Assembly: GCA_003598025.1 (NCBI GenBank)
Contig: QZKH01000003.1
Location: 170,048 to 234,047, forward strand
Reading direction: 5' to 3'
Source: Candidatus Omnitrophota bacterium
Lineage (GTDB): Bacteria; Omnitrophota; Gorgyraeia; Gygaellales; Profunditerraquicolaceae
DNA length: 64,000 nucleotides
Below the pieces are notes generated by a model. It did no database searches and was not told where the DNA came from. It saw only the letters and a program-made list of their open reading frames with translations. How positions within the stretch are numbered: the stretch's first letter is position 1; each line of letters begins with the position of its first letter. Both the position numbers and the translations under genes were made by a program. Shown here in pieces: positions 56,614-64,000 of this stretch.

Positions 56614-57813
56614 TTAGGCGATTATTTCTGAAACAACTCCTGCGCCTACTGTGTGCCCACCTTCACGTATAGCAAACCTTGATTCTTTTTCCATAGCTAT
56701 AGGCATAATCAATTCAACTTCAACGCTGACATTATCCCCGGGCATGATCATTTCCACCCCTTGAGGAAGCTTAACTGAACCGGTAACATCAGTTGTGCGG
56801 AAATAAAACTGCGGCCTGTATCCGCTGAAGAATGGTGTATGCCTTCCGCCTTCTTCTTTTGTCAAAACGTAAACCTGCGCCTTGAACTTGGTATGAGGAG
56901 TTATTGATTTTGGAGCTGAAAGAACCATTCCTCTTTCCAGTGATTCTTTAGAAACACCTCTTAAGAGCAACCCGAGGTTATCTCCGGCCTGGCCTTCATC
57001 AAGTATCTTTCTGAACATTTCAATGCCGGTAACAACAGTCTTGCCTACTTCGGGTTTTAAACCGACGATCTCGACTTCGTCGTTTAACTTTACCTTGCCT
57101 CTTTCAACCCTGCCTGTACCTACCGTACCTCTACCTTCAATCGTAAAAACGTCTTCCACTGCCATGAGGAACGGTTTATCTAAGTCTCTTTTTGGCAAGG
57201 GGATAAAATCATCTACTGCTTTCATAAGTTCTAAAATAGCTGCTGCATCCGGGCTGCTTGGGTCCCCGCCAGCTTCCATTGCCTTTAAAGCACTCCCCTT
57301 AACTATAGGGGTTTTATCTCCAGGGAAACCATATTTGGTCAAAAGTTCCCTTACTTCCATCTCAACAAGGTCAATTAATTCCTTGTCTGAAACCATATCG
57401 ACCTTATTCAGGAAAACAACCATTGCCGGAACGTTAACCTGCCTGGCCAGCAAGATATGCTCTCTTGTCTGAGGCATAGGGCCGTCAGCCGCAGAAACAA
57501 CCAGGATTGCACCATCCATCTGCGCTGCGCCGGTAATCATGTTCTTGATATAGTCAGCATGCCCAGGGCAGTCAATATGTGCATAGTGGCGCGTATCAGT
57601 CTGGTACTCGACGTGTGAAATATTAATAGTAACGCCGCGTTCCCTCTCTTCAGGAGCATTGTCAATTGAATCATATGTCCTTGCCTCTGCATAACCCTTC
57701 TTGTTAAGAACCATTGTTATTGCTGCTGTCAAAGTAGTCTTGCCATGGTCAACGTGACCAATGGTGCCGATATTTAAGTGGGGTTTTGACCTTACAAATT
57801 TTTCCTTAGCCAT
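56614..57813 (-). CDS. tuf: Elongation factor Tu
   Basis: [38 protein letters not shown]. Confidence 0.99.
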   Translation of the reverse strand: MAKEKFVRSKPHLNIGTIGHVDHGKTTLTAAITMVLNKKGYAEARTYDSIDNAPEERERGVTINISHVEYQTDTRHYAHIDCPGHADYIKNMITGAAQMDGAILVVSAADGPMPQTREHILLARQVNVPAMVVFLNKVDMVSDKELIDLVEMEVRELLTKYGFPGDKTPIVKGSALKAMEAGGDPSSPDAAAILELMKAVDDFIPLPKRDLDKPFLMAVEDVFTIEGRGTVGTGRVERGKVKLNDEVEIVGLKPEVGKTVVTGIEMFRKILDEGQAGDNLGLLLRGVSKESLERGMVLSAPKSITPHTKFKAQVYVLTKEEGGRHTPFFSGYRPQFYFRTTDVTGSVKLPQGVEMIMPGDNVSVEVELIMPIAMEKESRFAIREGGHTVGAGVVSEIIA

Positions 57814-57835
57814 TAAAACACCTCCTGATTTTTTA

Positions 57836-59926
57836 TTAAGTCTTAGATGCTGTTGTAAGCCCGGTTATAATTTTTTCCGCTATATGTGCAGGCACCTCTG
57901 AATAAAAAGAGGGCTCCATTGTATAGGAAGCACGCCCTTGTGTCAAGGACCTTGAAACAGTGGCATAATTAAACACTTCAGCCAAAGGGACATGTGCTCT
58001 TATATAACACAAATTGTTCTTTGTAACAAGAGAAACTATTTTTGCCCGTCGTGAACTTAAATCCCCGATAATCTGGCCCATGAATTCTTCGGGCGTTGTA
58101 ATCTCCATATCCATAATCGGTTCCAGAAGGATTGAACCTGATTTCCTTAATCCGTCGCTGAAGGCAATCCCCGCGGCCATCTGGAAAGCAAGCTCTGAAG
58201 AATCAACATCATGGTATGAGCCATCGACCAGCGTGACATGAACATCAGTCACGGGATAGCCTGCAAGAACACCGGTCTTTGATGCGGCATTGACTCCTTT
58301 TTTTACAGCTGGAATAAATTCCCTGGGTATAGCGCCGCTCTTTATCTTATCCTCAAAAACAATTCCCTGGCCCGGAGTTTCAGTCGGCCCCATCTCAAAA
58401 ACCACATGCCCGTATTGGCCGCGTCCGCCGCTCTGCTGAATGAATTTACCGACCGAGCTTATCTTTTTGGTCAACGTCTCCCTATATGCAACCTGCGGCT
58501 GGCCAACTTGAGCCTCGACATTAAATTCTCTTAAAATCCGGTCAATTATAATTTCAAGATGCAATTGGCCCATCCCGGCGATAATAGTCTCGCCTGTTTC
58601 CTGGTTATAAAACACCCGGAATGAAGGGTCTTCTTCTTCAAGTTTATGCAAAGCAAAACCGAGTTTTTCCTGCGCATCTTTGGACTTAGGTTCTACTGCC
58701 TGCTGGATTACCGGCTCCGGGAAACGCATTGCTTCAAGTAGTATATGATTATTTTCTGTGCAGAGGGTATCCCCGGTTTTTGTTTCTCTAAGGCCTACAG
58801 CGGCTGCGATATCACCGGCAACGATACTATCTACGATTTCCTGCCTGTTAGCGTGCATCTTGACAATCTTAGTCACTCTTTCTTTCTCGCGCTTAGTCGC
58901 ATTATAAACGTAGGTGCCTGATTTCAGAGTGCCTGAATATACCCTGACGTAATTTATCTTACCTACATAAGGGTCTGTAGCTACTTTAAAACATAACGCG
59001 CAAAAGGGCGCTTTTTCAGACGGTATTATCTCTTCAAATTCTCCGGTTTCAGGATTAGTGCCTTTGACCGGAGGCAAATCAATCGGAGAAGGCAGATAAT
59101 CACAGACAGCATCAAGGACCAGCTGTATGCCTTTATTCCTGAAAGCAGTGCCGCACAGCACAGGGACAAATTTATTTGCGATTACACTCCTTCTGATAGT
59201 CTCCTTAATCTGCGCGGACGAAATTTCTTTACCGTGCAGGAAATCCTCCATCATCGTATCGTCAACCTCAGCAAGCCTCTCAATAAGTATATTCCTGTAT
59301 TTTTCAACTTCAGGCATCATTTCTTTCGGTATTTCTGCATCTTCATAATTCTTCCCAGCATCATCTTTATAAAGCCTGAATTTAAGGTCTACCAAATCAA
59401 CTATTCCTGTAAAATCAGCTTCTTTGCCGTATGGCAATTGGATTGCCGCAGCATTAGCAGCCAGTTTCTTATGCATCTGGTCTATAGCATCATAGAAATT
59501 ACTGCCTGTCCTGTCCATTTTATTTACGAAGGCTATCCTTGGGACACCGTATCTGTCCGCCTGGCGCCATACTGTCTCTGATTGTGGCTCCACGCCGCCA
59601 ACACCGCAAAACACAACTACCGCTCCGTCAAGCACCTTAAGCGAACGCTCAACCTCAACCGTGAAATCAACGTGCCCGGGGGTATCAATAATATTTATTC
59701 TGTAATCTCCCCAGAAGCATGTGGTTGCTGCAGCCGTAATGGTGATGCCTCTTTCCTGTTCCTGCACCATCCAATCCATAGTCGCAGTCCCTTCATGGAC
59801 TTCGCCGATCTTATGCGTCCTGCCGGTATAATAAAGTATGCGTTCAGTAGTAGTTGTTTTACCCGCATCTATATGCGCGATTATACCAATATTCCTTAAT
59901 TTAGTTAAATCCAGGTTAGCTGCCAT
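57836..59926 (-). CDS. fusA: Elongation factor G
   Basis: [40 protein letters not shown]. Confidence 0.98.
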   Translation of the reverse strand: MAANLDLTKLRNIGIIAHIDAGKTTTTERILYYTGRTHKIGEVHEGTATMDWMVQEQERGITITAAATTCFWGDYRINIIDTPGHVDFTVEVERSLKVLDGAVVVFCGVGGVEPQSETVWRQADRYGVPRIAFVNKMDRTGSNFYDAIDQMHKKLAANAAAIQLPYGKEADFTGIVDLVDLKFRLYKDDAGKNYEDAEIPKEMMPEVEKYRNILIERLAEVDDTMMEDFLHGKEISSAQIKETIRRSVIANKFVPVLCGTAFRNKGIQLVLDAVCDYLPSPIDLPPVKGTNPETGEFEEIIPSEKAPFCALCFKVATDPYVGKINYVRVYSGTLKSGTYVYNATKREKERVTKIVKMHANRQEIVDSIVAGDIAAAVGLRETKTGDTLCTENNHILLEAMRFPEPVIQQAVEPKSKDAQEKLGFALHKLEEEDPSFRVFYNQETGETIIAGMGQLHLEIIIDRILREFNVEAQVGQPQVAYRETLTKKISSVGKFIQQSGGRGQYGHVVFEMGPTETPGQGIVFEDKIKSGAIPREFIPAVKKGVNAASKTGVLAGYPVTDVHVTLVDGSYHDVDSSELAFQMAAGIAFSDGLRKSGSILLEPIMDMEITTPEEFMGQIIGDLSSRRAKIVSLVTKNNLCYIRAHVPLAEVFNYATVSRSLTQGRASYTMEPSFYSEVPAHIAEKIITGLTTASKT

Positions 59927-59929
59927 AAT

Positions 59930-60400
59930 TTACCATCTAAAGTGGGCAAAAGCCTTGTTAGCTTCAGCCATCTTATGAGTGTCATCCCTTTTCTTGATAC
60001 TTGAACCTTCGCCTTTATACGCAGATACGATTTCATCAGCAAGCTTAACATACATAGGCTTGCCTTTTTTGCCAGCTGCAAAATCCTTCATCCATCTCAA
60101 CGCGATAGAAGTCCCGCGTTCCTGTTTGACCTCAACAGGCACTTGGTAAGTCGCTCCGCCCACACGCCTTGGCTTGACCTCAAGCCTTGGGCGGGCATTA
60201 TCTATAGCTTTATAGAAAACTTTTATTACATCCTGTTCATTAGTCTGCTTTTTGATTATCTCAAAGGCATCATACACTATCTTTTCAGCAACTGCTTTTT
60301 TGCCTTTGATCATTATCATATTGATAAACTTGGCTACTATCTTGCTGTTAAATTTTGGATCTGGCAGTATTTCTCTTTCCTGTGCTTTTCTTCTTCTCAT
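59930..60400 (-). CDS. rpsG: 30S ribosomal protein S7
   Basis: [23 protein letters not shown]. Confidence 0.98.
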   Translation of the reverse strand: MRRRKAQEREILPDPKFNSKIVAKFINMIMIKGKKAVAEKIVYDAFEIIKKQTNEQDVIKVFYKAIDNARPRLEVKPRRVGGATYQVPVEVKQERGTSIALRWMKDFAAGKKGKPMYVKLADEIVSAYKGEGSSIKKRDDTHKMAEANKAFAHFRW

Positions 60401-60768
60401 TTCGGCCTCTTAGCTCCGTACTTTGAACGTGATTTTTTTCTATTAGCTACACCAGCGGTATCAAGTGTGCCTCTTACAATATGATAACGCACACCCGGAA
60501 GATCTTTTACCCTGCCGCCTCTTACAAGTACTATCGAGTGCTCCTGGAGATTATGGCCTTCACCAGGTATGTATGAAGTGACTTCTATACCCGTAGTAAG
60601 CCTAACCCTGGCTATTTTTCTTAAAGCCGAATTAGGTTTTTTAGGCGTCATTGTCCTTACCTGTAAACAGACCCCTCTTCTCTGAGGGCATCTTTTAAGC
60701 GCAGGAGATTTTGTCTTTTTAATCTTCGATATTCTTCCGTATTTTATTAATTGCGAAATTGTCGGCAT
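60397..60768 (-). CDS. rpsL: 30S ribosomal protein S12
   Basis: [30 protein letters not shown]. Confidence 0.99.
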   Translation of the reverse strand: MPTISQLIKYGRISKIKKTKSPALKRCPQRRGVCLQVRTMTPKKPNSALRKIARVRLTTGIEVTSYIPGEGHNLQEHSIVLVRGGRVKDLPGVRYHIVRGTLDTAGVANRKKSRSKYGAKRPK

Positions 60769-60771
60769 AAA

Positions 60772-63700
60772 TTAATCCTTTTTTTCCTCTTTATCTTCTG
60801 TTTTATCCGCGAATTTAACAACCTCTATCTCCCTGTGCTGGCGGAACCCCGTGCCTGCAGGGATAAGATGGCCCACAATTACATTTTCTTTCAGGCCGAA
60901 TAAATCATCTTTCTTTCCTGAAGCAGCAGCATCGGTAAGAACCCTGGTTGTCTCCTGGAAGCTTGCCGCTGAAATAAAGCTTTCTGTGGTTAAGGATGCT
61001 TTGGTTATACCAAGCAATAACGGAGTAGCGGATGCTGCTTTGCCGTCCTTTTTTGATACCCGGTTATTTTCTTTCTGGAAGTTCCATTTATCGACCTGTT
61101 GGCCGGGCAGGAATTCCGTATCCCCGGATTCTTCAATTTTTACTTTCTTCAGCATTTGTTTTATTATTAACTCAATATGCTTGTCATTTATGCGGACACC
61201 CTGCAGCCTGTAAACTTCCTGGACCTCATTAACAAGATACTCCTGTAAAACTTTATCGCCGCATACTCTTAAGATATCCTGCAGGACAACTGGCCCGTCG
61301 GTCAACTGCTGGCCCGCGATAACTTTATCGCCCTTATAAACATTGGGATGTTTACCATGAGGTATTACATATTCCCTGGCCATGCCGGTAGAGGATTTCA
61401 CCACGATTATTCTCTGGCCTTTTTTAGTCTCACCGAATTCGACAAAGCCGTCGATTTCACTTATTACGGCAGGGTCTTTCGGCCTTCTTGCTTCAAAAAG
61501 CTCAGCCACTCTTGGCAAACCGCCGGTGATATCCCTTGTTTTAGCAAGTAATCTGGGGATCTTGGCTAACATATCGCCGCCATCAACCTTCTGGCCGTCT
61601 TTCACTATGATATGCGCGCCTATCGGTATAGGATAGATCCCGGCGACTTCCTTGCTCTGATCCAGGATCAATATCTGCGGATGATATTCAGCTTTATGCT
61701 CGACAACTACTCTTTCAGTCAATTTAGTTACAGGGTTTAATTCTTCCCTTACAGTAGTGTTTTCTTTCAGGTCCTCGAACATCACTGTCCCGCCCACTTC
61801 TGTCAGAATAGGCAAGGTATAAGGATCCCAACGCACAAAGGAAATATTTTCGTTTACCGTTTCCCCGTCCTTAATGTTGATAAAAGCGCCCTGGGGCACC
61901 GGATAACGCTCTAATTCCCTGCCGTCTTTATCATTTATACTTACATAACCATTTCTGTTTAAGACAATATATTCTTTATTCTTTGTAGCGCATCTTAAAC
62001 TATGGTATTTAACAAAACCCTTGTTCTTAGATTTAATAAACGATTGGGCGACTATTCTTGAAGCCGTACCACCAATATGGAATGTCCTCATTGTCAACTG
62101 TGTACCCGGCTCACCTATGCTCTGGGCCGCAATAATACCTACGGATTCGCCTATCTCAACTATCCTGCCCGTAGCAAGGTTACGCCCATAGCATTTAGTA
62201 CACACGCCTTTGCCCGATTCGCATGTAAGCACGCTTCTTATACGTATCTTTTCAATACCGAGCCGCTCTATCATATCTGCTTTTTCTTCCGTAATCTGGC
62301 TGCCCTGCTCGACAATAACTTCATCGGTTATAATATCGACGATATTATCCAACGCGACCCTGCCCACAATCCTATCCTTAAGAGAAACTACGACTTCGTC
62401 GCCCTCGATTATAGCTGAGACGGTTATACCGTTTAAGGTCCCGCAATCAGGCTCGGTAACTATTACGTCCTGGGCGACATCCACTAACCTTCTGGTTAGA
62501 TATCCGGCGTCAGCTGTCTTTAAAGCAGTATCTGCCAAACCTTTTCTTGCGCCGTGAGTCGAAATAAAGTACTCCAAAACGGTAAGGCCTTCCCTGAAAT
62601 TTGCAGTAATAGGGCTTTCGATGATTTCGCCTGATGGTTTAGCCATGAGGCCGCGCATACCGGCAAGCTGCCTGACCTGAAGCCTTGAACCTCTTGCTCC
62701 GGAATCAGCCATCATAAATATGGGGTTAAAAGGCTCCATCTCCTTAAATAACAAGTCGGAGACCTTGTCAGTGGCATGTGTCCAGATATCAATTACCTTA
62801 TTATATCTTTCCCTGTCTGTGATTATACCTTTATGGTATTGATCTTCCACTTTTGCCACTTCCGCCTTTGCCTCTTTAAGCACCACGTCTTTTGCTTTCG
62901 GTATATATAAATCATTTATACCTATAGATATGCCCCCGACAGTAGCGAATTCAAAACCAAGTTCTTTTAAATCGTCAAGCAGCTGCACAGTCCTCTGATG
63001 GCCGAATCTCTTATAGCATTCAGCAACGATGTCGCCGACTGTGCCCTTTTTAAGCTCCTTATTCACAAAACCAAAACCTTCCGGCAGCGCCCTGTTAAAT
63101 AAAACCCTGCCAACCGTAGTTGTAACCAGCTGCTTTTCATTGATCAATTTCTTTTCGCTAAGGTCAAACGAGCTGTCTATCCTGACTTTAATTTTTGCAT
63201 GCAGGTCTATCGCTTTGTCGTTGAAGGCAACGACTACTTCATCGCAGTCAGAAAATATTTTATTTTCGCCCTTTGCTCCGCTCTTTTCTTTCGAGATATA
63301 AGAAGAACCCAGGATTATATCCTGAGTAGGAGTAAGGATCGGCCTTCCGTCTGCAGGTGAAAATATGTTATTAATAGACAGCATGAGTATTTTTGCCTCA
63401 AGCTGCGCCTCTAAAGACAACGGCACATGCACTGCCATCTGGTCGCCGTCAAAATCAGCGTTAAAGGCAGTACAAACCAGAGGGTGTATTTTAATGGATT
63501 TACCCTCAATCAAAACAGGCTGGAATGCCTGTATACTTAACCTATGCAAAGTAGGGGCTCTGTTAAGAAGCACCGGATGGTCACGGATTACCTCATCAAG
63601 CATGTCCCATACCTCAATCTTGCCGCGTTCAACCATTCTTCTTGCGCCTTTTATTGTGTGCACAAACCCTTTTTCCCGTAACTTCTTTATAATAAAAGGT

Positions 63701-64000
63701 TCGAATAATTCCAGCGCCATCTGTTTAGGAAGGCCGCACTGATGAAGTTTTAAATTAGGGCCGACAACGATAACTGACCTGCCTGAATAATCTACTCTTT
63801 TACCTAAAAGGTTCTGCCTGAATCTGCCCTGTTTGCCCTTAAGCATATCAGACAGCGATTTTAGCGGCCTGTTATTCGCTGCCATGACCGGACGGCCATG
63901 CCTGCCATTATCCAACAGCGCATCAACAGCCTCCTGAAGCATCCTTTTTTCGTTACGGATGATTATCTCGGGAGCATTAAGCTCCATCAATTTCTTTAAA
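60772..64000 (-). CDS. rpoC: RNA polymerase beta' subunit (5' part lies beyond the window)
   Basis: [54 protein letters not shown]. Confidence 0.99.
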   Translation of the reverse strand, partial: LKKLMELNAPEIIIRNEKRMLQEAVDALLDNGRHGRPVMAANNRPLKSLSDMLKGKQGRFRQNLLGKRVDYSGRSVIVVGPNLKLHQCGLPKQMALELFEPFIIKKLREKGFVHTIKGARRMVERGKIEVWDMLDEVIRDHPVLLNRAPTLHRLSIQAFQPVLIEGKSIKIHPLVCTAFNADFDGDQMAVHVPLSLEAQLEAKILMLSINNIFSPADGRPILTPTQDIILGSSYISKEKSGAKGENKIFSDCDEVVVAFNDKAIDLHAKIKVRIDSSFDLSEKKLINEKQLVTTTVGRVLFNRALPEGFGFVNKELKKGTVGDIVAECYKRFGHQRTVQLLDDLKELGFEFATVGGISIGINDLYIPKAKDVVLKEAKAEVAKVEDQYHKGIITDRERYNKVIDIWTHATDKVSDLLFKEMEPFNPIFMMADSGARGSRLQVRQLAGMRGLMAKPSGEIIESPITANFREGLTVLEYFISTHGARKGLADTALKTADAGYLTRRLVDVAQDVIVTEPDCGTLNGITVSAIIEGDEVVVSLKDRIVGRVALDNIVDIITDEVIVEQGSQITEEKADMIERLGIEKIRIRSVLTCESGKGVCTKCYGRNLATGRIVEIGESVGIIAAQSIGEPGTQLTMRTFHIGGTASRIVAQSFIKSKNKGFVKYHSLRCATKNKEYIVLNRNGYVSINDKDGRELERYPVPQGAFINIKDGETVNENISFVRWDPYTLPILTEVGGTVMFEDLKENTTVREELNPVTKLTERVVVEHKAEYHPQILILDQSKEVAGIYPIPIGAHIIVKDGQKVDGGDMLAKIPRLLAKTRDITGGLPRVAELFEARRPKDPAVISEIDGFVEFGETKKGQRIIVVKSSTGMAREYVIPHGKHPNVYKGDKVIAGQQLTDGPVVLQDILRVCGDKVLQEYLVNEVQEVYRLQGVRINDKHIELIIKQMLKKVKIEESGDTEFLPGQQVDKWNFQKENNRVSKKDGKAASATPLLLGITKASLTTESFISAASFQETTRVLTDAAASGKKDDLFGLKENVIVGHLIPAGTGFRQHREIEVVKFADKTEDKEEKKD

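Noticed and set aside
322-63742. All plus-strand ORFs in the track (e.g. 3527-3916, 29140-29643, 51022-51561, 57023-57472)
   Set aside because: They are antisense shadows of well-supported minus-strand genes and show no recognisable protein motifs.

Overview
Bacterial chromosome window in which all 86 protein-coding genes I can support lie on the minus strand. Read from high to low coordinates: partial rpoC; a contiguous str/S10/spc/alpha ribosomal superoperon that lacks rpmD; an aspC-leuC-pilT-leuD-icd-mdh-lpdA-lipB block; a REP-associated tyrosine transposase (RAYT) inside 53-bp inverted repeats; an uncharacterised cluster (HTH, SRPBCC, two acyl-ACP-reductase-like proteins, a serine-palmitoyltransferase-like alpha-oxoamine synthase, ADC-like and ICMT-like genes, a multi-TM GAF histidine kinase, a response regulator, a GAF/HD-GYP protein, glycolipid enzymes); a cobalamin uptake/salvage locus with a B12 riboswitch; a tonB gene bracketed by identical 75-bp palindromic inverted repeats; and housekeeping genes (rpsU, aroQ, efp, accBC, pfkA, gmhA, thiE, partial thiC). 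Gene content suggests a diderm PVC-type lineage such as Ca. Omnitrophota (inference only, not verified). The best candidates for new biology are (i) a putative amino-lipid signal synthesis and sensing cluster whose kinase sensor domain and two tailoring genes form a low-GC cassette, and (ii) a RAYT-linked palindrome family that brackets single host genes. No rRNA, tRNA or CRISPR array was seen. GC values quoted are hand counts of individual 60-nt lines.
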